In this document: piece by piece, positions 1-11,962 of the stretch | Position numbering within the stretch: position 1 is the first letter of the stretch | Layout of the letters: the number at the start of each line of letters is the position of its first letter | Origin: Octopus bimaculoides | Taxonomy: Eukaryota | Direction: 5' to 3' | DNA length: 64,000 bases | Assembly: GCF_001194135.2 (NCBI RefSeq) | Contig: NC_068984.1 | Coordinates: 10,073,298-10,137,297 of the forward strand | The notes under the pieces: generated by a model | Databases searched by the model: none | Seen by the model: only the letters and a program-made list of their open reading frames with translations | What the model was told of the DNA's origin: nothing | Program-made: the position numbers and the translations under genes

Positions 1-84
1 GCTTACAAAGAATAAGTCCTGGGGTCGACTTGCTCGACTAAAGGTGGTGCTCCAGCATGGCCGCAGTCAAATAACTGAAACCAG
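1..84 (+). mobile_element. SINE family A, 3' tail only
   Basis: gcttacaaagaataagtcctggggtcga...ggtgctccagcatggccgcagtcaaataactgaaac matches the tail of the full copies at 27807 and 56712. Confidence 0.85.
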
Positions 85-389
85 TTAATTCTTTAATTGC
101 ACTTGTGGTATTATGAGCCAGGCTGTGGTGCAGGTCCTGTCAGAAGTGGGGCCTGTGGTGGGCATGCGGGATTGGTGAGGCATGACCAGGCAGTTTGCAG
201 CTGATGGTGCAAGAGAGCAGACCTACAGGACGGTATGGCAGCAGACAGACCACGTGGACGTTGTGAGTAACCCCTTCCAGATATACAGGTAAAACCTCCG
301 TAATTATCCTTCTGCTTCTGTCTTATCCTCCTTCACATCACAAGCTATTTCAGCTCATAACACCACAGCACCATTTATGACAAGGTAAC

Positions 390-809
390 TGTTATATGGA
401 CTGTTAGATATGTAATTCGTCTGATGTTCCGTGTGTCACTGTGGTTCGTCTGAGTTCATTGTTTCATTGTTGTTGTCTTGTGTGACTGTCGTAGTAAAAT
501 GTCATTGATATATATATGGCGGACATGACTTTTGTTTATTCATAACGAACATTGGGTGAGTGCGTTCTTTGTATGTAATTGAATAATAAATGTAATAATT
601 AAATTTGTATAACTCGTTGTGTTATCTCTGCGAGTCTTCCGAGGGAAATACAGCAGTAACTGATACTTTACTTTGAAATTAAGTGCCAAAACCGTTTTGT
701 AGTTCCTTCATGACCAGTTTATTCAACAGTGAAACAGAATATCAGAGACAAAACCATAAAATATCGTTAATAGCTGCAATACCTCGACAGAAACACAAAC
801 ATAATAACA
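390..809. mobile_element. Possible solo LTR
   Basis: Unique ~420 bp bounded by TGTTAT...ATAACA (TG..CA, 6-bp IR) with TATA-like and AATAAA motifs inside; no matching TSD. Confidence 0.25.
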
Positions 810-1024
810 ACACTAAGTAAACAGTCTGGCAGGATTATTTTATGATGTTTTTTTTATTTTTTACTTGTTTTAGTCATTAGACTGTGGCCATGCTGGGGCA
901 CTGCCTTCAAGAAGTTTTATTTGAATGAATTAACCCTGGTACTTAATTTTCTTTTAAGCCTAGTATTTATTCTCTTGATCTCATTTACCAAACCACTAAT
1001 TTACAAAAACACAGACATAAAGAT

Positions 1025-1205
1025 ACACACACACACACACACACGACAGGCTTCTTTCAGTTTCTGTCTACCAAATCCGTCCACGTGGCTTTGGTTGGTC
1101 CAAGGCTATAGTGGAAGACACTTGCCCAATGTGCAACGCAGCAGAACTGAACTTGAAATCTTGTGGTTGGGAAGCAAACTTCTTACCACACACACATGCC
1201 TGCAC
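1025..1205 (-). mobile_element. SINE family A, head and CORE-like body
   Basis: Reverse complement of the tRNA-like head plus ttgggcaagtgtctt core. Confidence 0.8.
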
Positions 1206-1220
1206 CTATAAAACTGAGGG

Positions 1221-1328
1221 GCTTACAGCCCCTAGGTTTCCCAAGTGGTCACCCATCTAAATACAAAGTAGGCTCCATGTGGCCTAACTTTGGTAATCGG
1301 ATGAGAACTGGTGCATTCAATGTGATAG
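1221..1328 (-). pseudogene. Decayed 5S rRNA-derived sequence
   Basis: gcttacagc..ttcccaagtggtcacccatctaaatac..taactttggtaatcggatgagaactggtg aligns along the reverse complement of 5S rRNA; TTTT on the minus strand at 1210-1213. Confidence 0.7.
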
Positions 1329-1410
1329 TGTTTCATTCTTTTAATCTAATATTCTGTTACTTTTTTCAGTTATAGGACTGTGGTCAACACTCGAGCATAT
1401 TGAGCGAATA

Positions 1411-1833
1411 CCGTAAATCCTTGAGTATAGTCTGCCGCCCTTGACTATAATATGCAGGGGATTTTTAGGGGGCTGTACCTCTGAAAAACCTAAACCTTGT
1501 GTATAATACGCACCCCTTCTCTAAGTTGAGTCAAGGAGGTCTATATAAGGTCCTTGGTTTGTAAATATATACGGTAACATCCTTTATTATTATTGTATAT
1601 ATAACAAAATGCAAACGTGTAGCTTTTTTTGTGCACTTTGCAGAAAATAAAGTAATAACAGTGATAACGTCAGTGAAAAATAAATATTAAGTAAATTGCC
1701 TTTACATATTTATCACTTAGAAAATTTTGCTTAGAAAATATTTTTCATTTTTAACCTCATATATAGTACTCATTAGAAATTTTGAACTTTAAATTTTGGG
1801 AAAAATGTGCGGATTATACTCGAGGATTTACAG
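1411..1833. mobile_element. Tc1/mariner (pogo/Tigger-like) MITE
   Basis: TIRs CCGTAAATCCTTGAGTATAGTCTGC and (rc) CTGTAAATCCTCGAGTATAATCCGC, TA on both sides. Confidence 0.85.
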
Positions 1834-1924
1834 TAGATTACAACAGAAATTATACAGGAAAAAGTAAAGAATGGGGCCAAAAAAGTAAGATAATGCTGGA
1901 AAAGTTTAGGGAGAGCAGCATAGA

Positions 1925-2382
1925 GGAATGCAAAGCTCTAATTGTGGAGGGAACCTGTGGAAATGGCAGAGCCAGGAAGACATGGGATGAAGGGGTGAGA
2001 GAGGACCTTCAGATGCTGGGCCTCAGTGAGGAAATAATAAGGGATAAGGAGTTCCTGTGATTTGCTGTACTTGAGAGGATGTGTCAAGGTTCGTAAAACC
2101 AAGGTCAGTCATACATACAGGTATGGCCTATGCAGGTTCTGGTGTCACGTAGTGTGCACTCATGCCAGTACTGTGTAAATGTACTCAGGCCAGTTGCACA
2201 TTAAAAGCACCTAGAATACTCTGTAAAGTGGTTGGCATTAGGAAGGGCATCCAGCCATAGAAACCATGCCATAACAGACAACTGGAGTCTGGACAGCTCC
2301 CGGGTTGGCCAGTTCCTATCAAACCGTCCAACCCATGCCAGCATGGAAAATAGATGTTAACTGATGATGATGATGATGATAT
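1925..2382 (+). mobile_element. RTE LINE 3' fragment (ORF C-terminus, 3'UTR, (GAT)n)
   Basis: ECKALIVEGTCGNGRARKTWDEGVREDLQMLGL, then ggaagggcatccagc..aacccatgccagcatgg and a GAT tail. Confidence 0.85.
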
Positions 2383-2384
2383 TC

Positions 2385-2612
2385 TTTTATTCTTTTATTT
2401 GTTTCAGTCATTTGACAGCGGCCATGCTGGAGCACTGCCTTTAGTCGAGCAAATCGACCCCAGGACTGACCCCAGATATGATGAACTCCTTTCAGTCTCT
2501 GCCTGCCAAATCCACTCACCCAGGGCTATAGTGGAGGACACTTGCCCAAGATGCCAAGCAGTGGGACTGAAACCACAAGGATGGGAAGTGGACTTTGTAA
2601 CCATACAGCTAT
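2385..2612 (-). mobile_element. SINE family A, internally deleted
   Basis: Reverse-complement tail joined to reverse-complement head. Confidence 0.75.
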
Positions 2613-2942
2613 GGGTAATGCTCCAGCATGGCCACAATCTATAAATTAAAATTGATCAAAACACAAAGAATAGAAAGAATCCTGATTATTGTTAGAAGAG
2701 GGAAGTGAAAAATTATGATAATTTGAAATCTTTGTGAAATTAATATTAAAATGGTTTCTATTTGGCGCCCAGTAACTTGCCAACCAAACTATGTTAGCTA
2801 AATACGCTTTAATTAAACAATCGGGCAATCACAGTTCTGTTCAGTTCTTATTAAAATAGAGAATAACAAGAATGAAAAACTAATATCATGATATTGATGC
2901 AAAAACAAAAAAAAAATCAAATTTCCTTCTACATATTGGCAC

Positions 2943-3225
2943 AGAAGTGGCTGTGTGGTAAGTAGCTTGCTTACCATCCACATGGCTCTGGGTTCAGTCC
3001 CACTGTGTGACACTTTGGGCAAGTGTTTTCTACTATAGCCTCAGGCCAATCAAAGCCTTGTGAGTGGATTTGATAGACGGAAACTGAAAGAAGACCGTTG
3101 TATATATGTACATATATAAGTATGTGTGCTTCTGTGTTTGTCCCCCCAACATTGCTTGACAACTGATGCTGGTGTATTTACGTCCCTGTAACTTAGCGGT
3201 TCGGCAAAAGAGACTGATAGAATAC
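2943..3225 (+). mobile_element. SINE family A, 3'-truncated
   Basis: gtggctgtgtggtaagtagc A-box, ggttcagtccc B-box, tttgggcaagtg core. Confidence 0.85.
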
Positions 3226-3429
3226 AGATTGACCAAAACCTTGTGAGTAGATTTGGAAGTTCATCATGTATATGTTTATGTGTGTGTGTATATGTGTGCA
3301 TGTGATTGTGTATAGATGTCAAGTGAGGGTTGGTGATAGAAAAGGCATCCAGCCACAGACAATTTATTTCACCAAAATCCGTCTGACCTATGCACACACA
3401 CACACACACATGTCCTTCGTCTTCTGCTA

Positions 3430-3625
3430 GATCATGCTTTACTTTCATTCGATGCAGCAGCTGCAGCCTGGAAGAGGACTCATGGCAGGCCCTGCACCAA
3501 ATGGTTAGATGTGGTTGGGGAAGATCTCCAGAGGCCCAACATCACCTTGCAGGATGCAGAAAAGCTGGCATGAGACAGCCAGCAATGGAGAGCACTGGTT
3601 GACCTGGTCAGCTCTACACATAATG
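3430..3625 (+). mobile_element. C-terminal fragment of a second RTE-like LINE family
   Basis: WKRTHGRPCTKWLDVVGEDLQ...LA*DSQQWRALV resembles the GRP..W...DR..WR terminal motif. Confidence 0.55.
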
Positions 3626-4059
3626 AAACCTCTGGGATAAACTGACTTGGAATGACCCCAGCTCCTTCAAGCAAGAGCATGAAGCAAATAGATATATAAT
3701 CATCTATGACAAGCAAACTCAGCCACTTTTGTTAGAAATAAAAAGTGTGTGGAAAACACAATATATATATCAAAGACAAAAAATAGTCTCAACAATAACC
3801 AGCTAAACACATGCTTAGAGGAAACAATGAATAGTACATTGTATAACATAATTTACACCAAATATTGATTACCCCTTTGCCTGTTATTTAGCCCAAGGAA
3901 ACACCGTTTCCTGTTGGACTTGACAAATTTCCTGTCCTTATGTTTCCATACTTAATGTATATACATTGTTAGGAGACGGTAATATTAACAGTCAATGGTG
4001 ATGCTATGAAAACAAAATGGCAAACACATATCAATCCAGCATTTAGTCCTCTTCTGAAG

Positions 4060-4540
4060 TCACACATTTTATCCAGCATCGTTTCCACTGACTGAAGCAT
4101 TCCTGGAATTCCTTTTTGTGGTAACAGGCAACTGCCTTATTGCATTCTCTTGGATTTCCTTGACATCTTGAAATCTTGTTAGGGGTCTTCTACTTTGAAG
4201 ACTGAGCCTCGGTTTCGGGGTCATAGCCGTAGAACTACGATTTGTTACCCGTTATAACCGTTTACAGAAAGTTTCCATCATCTTCGACACAATCAAAGAA
4301 ATCCAAAACAGCTGAAAAATGTTCTTTTTCAGATGATCACATTCAACAGACTTTAGATCCAAGCACTGCAACGAACGGCAGAAGTGAACGACAATGTTAT
4401 AACTTATTCTGTATATGCGGCAATGTTCAAGGTCAGATCTGTGCCAAGAGGCTTGACTCTGCATACTTTATCTCTGTTACCATAGTAACAATCCTGATAC
4501 AATTTGATCTGACCTCGAAGATGGCTATTTTAATTTAATA
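4060..4540 (-). mobile_element. Internally deleted mariner relic
   Basis: Minus-strand remnants EDDGNF..VITG..FYGYDPETEAQSS fused to the C-terminal part (QDFKMSRKSKRMQ..GMLQSVETMLDKMCDFRRGL). Confidence 0.55.
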
Positions 4541-4555
4541 CCACTTACAGCAGAT

Positions 4556-4688
4556 CGTGTGTGTGTGTGAGTGTATGTGTGTGTAAATATATACATACAT
4601 TCATACACACACACACACACACACACGTATATAAATATATATATGTATATATAGATATAGAGATATGTATATATATACACATATATAA

Positions 4689-4735
<47 letters not shown>

Positions 4736-4787
4736 NNNNNNNNNNNNNNNNNNNNNNNNNNNNNNNNNNNNNNNNNNNNNNNNNNNN

Positions 4788-4833
<46 letters not shown>

Positions 4834-4850
4834 GTGTGTGTGTGCACGTT
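4556..4850. repeat. (TG)n/(CA)n/(TA)n microsatellite block with N-gap
   Basis: Direct reading; gap 4736-4787. Confidence 0.95.
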
Positions 4851-5360
4851 CATATATATTTCAAATATCAATAATTATGTGAATAATCACCAGATATTTT
4901 TAGTTGCTTGCATGCGGTGATGTTATTTAAATATAAAAACCTTCAGAATTCGTCCAAGCTTTCAGTTTTGCTGTTATTTTGTTTTGTTGCGACAATGAAG
5001 CAATATTTCAAGTGTCAAAAATGATTAACGACCGGCATTAAGGGGTTAATGCTACGACTTAGAAGAAACATGATGTAGGATTTATTTGTTATGTTATGGA
5101 TTATCTCCTGAGATATCTGCACAAGTAAAGGGGTCCTTGGCATATGTAGTACTTATTGCACAAGGTCTGGCGTAAAAATAACGAAACAAAACAAATCCTT
5201 TTTGTATATATTACATTGTACAACCACAACCAATTATAGAGGCACCATATACGATATGTGTGAAACTAATGTGTGGCACTTGGGTAACTGCCTTCTACTA
5301 AAACCTCATTCTGGCCAGTACTCTGAGATTGAAATTTAGGTAGATGGAAACTGTGTAAAA

Positions 5361-5591
5361 GGCGGTGAGCTGGCAGAAACGTTAGCACGCCGGGTGAAAT
5401 ACTTAGCAGTATTTCGTCTGCCGTTACGTTCTGAGTTCAAATTCCGCCGAGGTTGACTTTGCCTTTCATCCTTTCGGGGTCGATAAATTAAGTACCAGTT
5501 ACGCACTGGGGTCGATGTAATCGACTTAATCTATTTGTCAGTCCTTGTTTGTCCCCTCTATGTTTAGCCCATTGTGGGCAGTAAAGAAATA
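5361..5591 (+). mobile_element. SINE family B, near full length
   Basis: ggcggtgagctggcag head, gagttcaaattcc B-box, gcctttcatcctttcggggtcgataaattaagtaccag central domain. Confidence 0.85.
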
Positions 5592-5659
5592 GGAAACTGT
5601 GTGGAAGCCTTTTGCACACACACTCATACATCATCATCACCATCAGTGTTTTAATGTCT

Positions 5660-5850
5660 GTGCTGGTGCCATGTAAAAAGCACCCAGTACCCTCTGTAAA
5701 GTGGTTGGCATTAGGAAGAGCATCCAGCTATAGAAACCTTGCCAAAACAGACAATCGGAGCCTGGTGCAGGTCTTCGCCTTGCCAGCCCCTGTCAAACCA
5801 TCCAACCCATGCCAGGATAGAAAAAAAAAAAACCTTATATGATGATGGTG
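5660..5850 (+). mobile_element. RTE 3'UTR copy
   Basis: aaaagcacccag..gttggcattaggaagagcatccagct..aacccatgcc, GAT tail. Confidence 0.8.
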
Positions 5851-6189
5851 ATTTTCCATGCTTGTATGGATCAGACATTCTTTGTTGTGACAGATTTTCT
5901 ATGGTTGGATGCCCTTCTTGGTGCCAACCCTCACCTGTTTTCAAGCCAGGTGATATTTCTGTCACTCCCTGTACAATGGAATATTGCTAAAAAAAAAACA
6001 GAATTGTGGATACTGGAAATAAAAAAAAAAACCATGAAGGATAGGAAAGTAGTGATACGTCAGTATAATCACAGACATTTCAATATTTCGTTTCTTTGCT
6101 TCAGTGTGAGTGCAGCGGTTTGCTGATAATTTGGCACGGCTGACTGGACATTCAGTCAGCCTTAAGCTGACCAATTGAGTGAGCTTGGT

Positions 6190-6660
6190 GGGCAAGAGCT
6201 GGTGTGGAAACCTGATGTGTCTGCATGTGTGTGTGTGTGTGTGTATGTTTGTGTGTGCATGTATATGTGTGTTCCTCTCTCATCACATGACGATGCTGGT
6301 GTGCTTACGTCCCCGTAACTTAGTGGTTCGGCAAAAGAGACTGATAGAATAAGTACTAGGCTTACAAAGAATAAGTCCTGTGGTCGATTTGCTCGACTAA
6401 AGGCAGAGCTCCAGCATGGCCACAGTCAAATGACTGAAACAAGTAAAAGAGTAAAAGAGAGTATGTGTGTATGTGTTTGCCCCCCACCCCCACAACATCG
6501 CTTGACAACCGATGGTGGTGTGTTTATGTCACCGTAACTTAACGGTTCGGCAAAAGAGACCGATAGAATAAGTACTAGGAATAAGTACCGAGGTCGATTT
6601 GATCGACTAAAGGCAGTGCTCCAGCATGGCGGCAGTCAAGTAAAAAAGAAAAAGAGTAGT
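6190..6660 (+). mobile_element. SINE family A body with two successive tails
   Basis: cgtaacttagtggttcggcaaaagagac..ccagcatggc occurs twice. Confidence 0.8.
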
Positions 6661-6830
6661 ACATGCTTGAAAGCAGTTGACATAAATATACACTGAACCA
6701 TTGTTATGTGCTAATTGCTGATCTGGGCCGAGATGATTACCGTCAGAACAACCTAATTGCCTGACGGAAAACCGTTGTCATGGGGTTAAAATGGCGATGA
6801 CAACCACAATGATGACATCATCAACAGCTT

Positions 6831-7150
6831 GATTTTAGATACTCCCAAAACACCATAAGGATTTCTTAAATTTTACTTTTTTGTTTCCCAACTTTATCAT
6901 TCAGCCAATCCAGCTGCATCTTCTCTGTGAAGCACCTCAACCACCTTACTACAGCCTATACTATATATTACACTCACCCTCTTATCTGTATATCATGTTT
7001 ATGTTGTACATTACATAACGGCTCATATATCCTTCAACTTCTATGGAAAACTTACTCTCAAAAGCTTTACCAGAGTTTTACTACCACCAACACCACCACC
7101 ACTACTACTACTACTACCTTCATCACTGCTGCTATTGCTGCCACCACTAC
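6831..7150 (+). repeat. Segment duplicated in inverted orientation at 9941-10257
   Basis: gattttagatactcccaaaacaccataagg...ccaccactac is present as its reverse complement 3 kb downstream. Confidence 0.9.
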
Positions 7151-7521
7151 AACTGCTACCACCATCACCACTGCCATCATTCCCAGTACTACTACTACTA
7201 CTACTACTACCACCACTACCACAGCTGGCTTCACTCTACCACCACCACCACCACAACTACTACCACCACCACCGCCATCATTCCCAATGCAACTACAACA
7301 ATAACTACTACTACTACTACCACTACTACAGCTGGTTTCACTGCTACCACCACCAACGTTGCTACTGCCACCACCACTACAACTACTACTACCATCACAA
7401 CACCACCACTACCACTGCCATCATTCCCAGTGCAACTACTACAATAACTATTACTACTACCACTACTACTGCTGGCTTCACTGCTACCACCACTGCCACT
7501 GCCACCACCACTACAACTACA

Positions 7522-7552
<31 letters not shown>

Positions 7553-7705
7553 TCACACCACCACCACCACCACTGCCATCATTCCCAATGTAACTACAAC
7601 AACTACTACCACTACTACTACTGGCTTCACTGCTACCACCACCGCCACCACTATTCCCAATGCAACTACTACTACTACTACTACCACCACCACCACCTCA
7701 TCTTC
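7081..7705 (+). repeat. Higher-order (ACT/ACC)n minisatellite
   Basis: About 5 recurrences of atcattccca..gcaactac and ctggcttcactgctacc anchors; the Thr-rich frame is broken by several frameshifts. Confidence 0.85.
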
Positions 7706-8154
7706 TTCTTTTCCAGATAAATATTCAATACATATGTAGCATGGGAAAGGAAAGAGACAAGTTCAACCTGTCAAATATCTCCTGAGGATTTTCAGAAACA
7801 AATCTATTTCAGACATATTTCATATTTCATTGAACTCCAGGCTTCCATAAATTTTATCCTTAAATAAAAACAAAAAAAAAAAAAAAAAAAAAACAGAAAA
7901 GAAAAAACAAAAAAATAAAACATAACAAAAATCTTATCTTCTCTGAAGTGCTTCGTTTTTTTGTTTTTGCTGTAATCTTTTTCGATGTTAAAATGAAATA
8001 TTTCTGTTTTCTGTAGGTTTCATTCCCCCCACCCACCCCACTCCTCAGCTCCAATTCTTCCATACACCCATGCAACCTCTACCCACCCACACCCCTGGTT
8101 CTTCTGCACCCTCCCCTCCTTTCGCTTCCACTCCTTCTTGTACTTATAGACCTA

Positions 8155-8345
8155 ATTTGTTGGTTTCAAATTTTGGCGCGAGGCCAGCAATTTCGGGGTA
8201 GGGAGGGGAGGGGATAAGTAGATTATATCGCCCCCAGTATGCAACTGGTACTTAATTTATCGACCCGAATTTGAACTCAGAAAATAGCGATGGACAAAGT
8301 ACCATTAAGCATTTCGTCCAGCGTGCTAACGATTCTGCCAGTTCA
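8155..8345 (-). mobile_element. SINE family B, partial
   Basis: rc of the central domain and head (ctggtacttaatttatcgaccc..gaatttgaactcag..gattctgccag). Confidence 0.75.
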
Positions 8346-8454
8346 GAATGTGTATATACACATATACACATACAGGGTGTGGTGAATAAATGTATATATA
8401 CATTGTGTATATATACATATACATATACATATACAGAATGTGTATATATATGTA

Positions 8455-8690
8455 GGAGTGGCTGTGTGGTAAGTAGCTAGCATACAAACCACATGGTTCG
8501 GGGTTCAGTCCCACTGTGTGGCACCTTGGGCAAGTGTCTTCTACTATAGCCTTGGGCCGACCAAAGCTTTGTGAGTGGATTTGGTAGAGTGGATTTGGTA
8601 GCTTCCTGGCTTTCCAGACCCCAGTCAAACTGTCCAACCCATGCCAGCATGGAAAACAGATGTTAAACAATGATGCAGATGATGATGATT
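8455..8690 (+). mobile_element. SINE A head joined to an RTE 3' tail
   Basis: ggagtggctgtgtggtaag.. then ccagtcaaactgtccaacccatgccagc..gatgatgat. Confidence 0.75.
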
Positions 8691-9044
8691 TATATATTCT
8701 TCATTTAACGTCCATTTTCCATGCTGGCATGGGTTGGACAGTTTGACAGACGCTGGACAGCTGAAGAGCTGTCCAGGTTTCCTATTCTGTTTTGGCATGG
8801 TTTTTATGGCCGGACACCCTTCCTAACACCAACCACTTTACAGAGTGTACTGGGTGCTTTTACACAGAACCATCACAGGTCCTTTCTCACCCCTTCATCC
8901 CACGTCTTCCTGAGTCTACCCCTTCCACATGCTCCCACTACAATTAGAGATCAGCAACTCCGTGATGCAACTGTCTTCATTCATATGCATTACATGGCCA
9001 TACCAGCATAGTCTTTTCTCTTGCACACTACATCTGATGGTGCT

Positions 9045-9210
9045 AGGACAAAATCCCACCAAGGACAAAATCCCTTCTGGACAAAATTCCCTGACAGTCA
9101 AAATCCCCCAGGATATTGTTCTTTCTATACAATAAAAATATTTTAAGAAAGTGAAATTTTGTAAAAAAAAAAAAAAAAATTAAATAGTTGATTGTCCAGG
9201 GGTATTTTTT
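9045..9210. mobile_element. MITE-like insert with repeated GGACAAAATCCC motif inside the RTE ORF
   Basis: Four tandem ggacaaaatccc-like motifs; an inverted motif ccaggggtatttttt at the other end; splits RGI/IRCS. Confidence 0.5.
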
Positions 9211-9940
9211 CTTGATACCTCGTTTACTCAGTTTTTCTCTCAAATCACTTACACTCTGTTGTATAATATGAACACCGACATTACCCATCCAGCAGAGCAT
9301 ACTGGTTTCATTTCTTTCAAGCCTTTGCATATCCTCAGTAGTCACAGCCCATGTTTCACTGCCATGTAGCAAAGCTGTTTGTACACAGGCATCAGTCAAT
9401 CTACCATTCACACAGAGGGAAGGGGCTTTTCATTACCAACTAAGGTAATATCCCTCTGAACTTCTCTCAGCCCAGTCTAGCAGCTATGCTTTGAGAACAC
9501 CACCACCCTACTAACTTGGTCACCTAAGTAACAAAAACTATCTACTATTTCTAAAGATCTCACCTGACAGTTGAGGGAGTCTATTTTATGTACATTCTTT
9601 GCGTTTAATGTACCTGTACATCTGCCAAAAGTAAAGGCTACTTTGTCCGTTAGTCTTCCAGTGATTCTGCTGCACCTCTGTGTCCATAGCTTGCACTGGG
9701 AACATCTTATGGAGTTTCTCCTAACACCTTTTCTACATATCAAGCAGGGCCTTCTCCATGAAGGGATCTGTGATTTGTCTGTTTTCCTACTATTCAATAT
9801 TTTGGTCTTTGTTAAATTAATTCTAAATCACTTTGATTCCAGACCTTGCTTCCATGCCTGAAATTTCTTCTCTAGTTGTGGTAGTGATTCAGCAATAAAG
9901 ACAAGGTCATCAGCATAGAGGAGCTCCCAAGGGAAGCCAG

Positions 9941-9964
9941 GTAGTGGTGGCAGCAGTGATGATG

Positions 9965-9997
<33 letters not shown>

Positions 9998-10257
9998 TTG
10001 GTGGTAGTAAAACTCTGGGAAAGCTTTTGAGAGTAAGTTTTCCATAGAAGTTGAAGGATATATGAGCCATTATGTGATGTACAACATATACATGATATAC
10101 AGATAAGAGGGTGAGTGTAATATATAGTATAGGCTGTAGTAAGGTGGTTGAGGTGCTTCACAGGGAAGATGCAGCTGGATTGGCTGAATGATAAAGTTAG
10201 GAAACAAAAAGGTAAAATTTTAAAATTCCTTATGGTGTTTTGGGAGTATCTAAAATC
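9941..10257 (-). repeat. Inverted copy of 6831-7150 inserted in the RT domain
   Basis: Separates AITE(D)F from (P)GFPWELLYADD; roughly 95% identical to 6831-7150 by eye. Confidence 0.9.
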
Positions 10258-11034
10258 TTCAGTTATAGCTTGGAGGACCAAGATAAACAAGAGGGGGCTA
10301 AGAACTAGACCCTAGCGGACTCCTACTTGTACACTAAACTCCTTGTTATACTCATTGGTGACTCTCACCTTACTAACAGCATCTCTGTAGATGGCTTGTA
10401 CAGCTCTCACTAACCCCTCATCTATCCCTAGCTTCTGCATTGCCCACTAGATAAGGCAGTGGGGGACCCTGTCAAAGGCTTTCTCCATGTCAGCAAAAGC
10501 TAGTATTTCTCCTGCAGTTGCCTCACCAGGAAGATATCATCGGTGGTGCTTCTCCCAGGCACAAATCCAAACTGCATCTCATATATGTTAACTCTCTTCC
10601 TAATTAATTGAGCTATGACCCTTTCTACAACTTTCATCACCTGGTCCAGCAATGTGATGGCTCTGTAATTATTTCAGTCCAGGGCATCACCTTTGTTTTT
10701 GTAGCAGTTGACTATAATGCTGTTACACCAGTCTTTGGGGATGACTCCCTCATGGCCAACCTGATTAACTATACAGATGACCAGGCCATATCTCACTCTG
10801 CCAAATATTTTAAGCATCTCAGCGGTGATTCCTGATGGGCCAAAGGCTTCCCTATCTTCATATCGTTAATTGCTTTATCTTCTAAGCTACTGTCAGTTCA
10901 GATAGCTGGCCCCTCAGTTGGGCCTACATTAGGAAGGCTCTCCTTCTCCCATGCATACCCAACATTTAGTACCTTTTCATAGTGACACTTCTAAGCCTCC
11001 TTCTTTGCAGAATCATTAACTGCAAGTGAACCGT

Positions 11035-11325
11035 CATCATCATCATCATCGTTTAACGTCTGCTTTCCATGCTGGCATGGGTTGGACGATTTGACTGAGG
11101 ACTGGTGAACCAGAAGGCTTCACCAGGCTCCAATCTGATCTGGCAGAGTTTCTACAGCTGGATGCCCTTCCTAACGCCAACCACTCCAAGAGTGTAGAGG
11201 GTGCTTTTATGTGCCACCGGATGAGGGCCAGTCACACGGTACTGGCAATGGCCACGCTCAAAATGGTGTTTTTTTGCATGCCACTTACGCAGGAGCCAGT
11301 CCAGCAGCACTGGCAACGACCTCAC
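11035..11325 (-). mobile_element. RTE 3'UTR copy nested in the RTE ORF
   Basis: Splits EKCVYMD / DGSLAVND; the (GAT)n tail abuts the GAT codon. Confidence 0.85.
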
Positions 11326-11827
11326 ATCCATGTAAACACATTTCTCTCTTACCACATGATTTTCTCTGATACACTGTCTTGCAATCCGAAACACTTCAAG
11401 CCTTTGGCCCTTATCTTGCAGAACATTGACAAACTCCCTCCTTTCTGCTTCTCCCCTGGCTGTGTATACCTGTCTTCTAGCCTCCCTCCTAGCAACCTGA
11501 TATAGTTCTCTGCTACCATCATACTTCCAGTCCTTTCAGGCCTGTTTCTTTACTCTAAAGGCCTTGTCTACAACATCATTCCACCACCACGTTACCTTAA
11601 GACTGGTTGGGACTTTACACCACTATGACACTCAGCAAGCTGTCCCGTAGAAATTCTTAGTTGTCCTCTGTGTTACAAGTCTGTAGTTCCTTCTCCTTCT
11701 CATTAAATTTCTCAATTAGGGTGTCCCTAAATTTCTAACCATTTAAAGGATCCTTAAGCTTCCGAGTCCTTTTCCAGATTGGTCTGCTTCTTGGAATCCT
11801 TCTGACCACAATGGGCTTCCTTCAGTT

Positions 11828-11962
11828 TCCTTCTACCAATTCCACTCACAAGACTTTGGTCAGCCCGAGGCTATAGTAGAAGACACTTGCCCAAGGTGCC
11901 ACACAATGGAACTGATCCCAGAACTATATGGTTAAGAAGCAAGCTTCTTACCACACAGCCAT
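11828..11962 (-). mobile_element. SINE family A head
   Basis: rc head and core (agaagacacttgcccaaggtgccac..cttaccacacagcc). Confidence 0.8.

Larger units (their letters stand above)
8690..11820 (-). pseudogene. Decayed RTE LINE ORF (linker, RT, C-terminal domain, 3' end), interrupted by three insertions
   Basis: WWWNDVVDKA; KGDAL..NYRAITLLDQVMKVVERV; QFGFVPGRST; GV..G.VLSPLLFILVLQAITE; WELLYADDLVFIAES; LLHGSETWAVT; LCWYGHVMHM; multiple stops. Confidence 0.92.
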
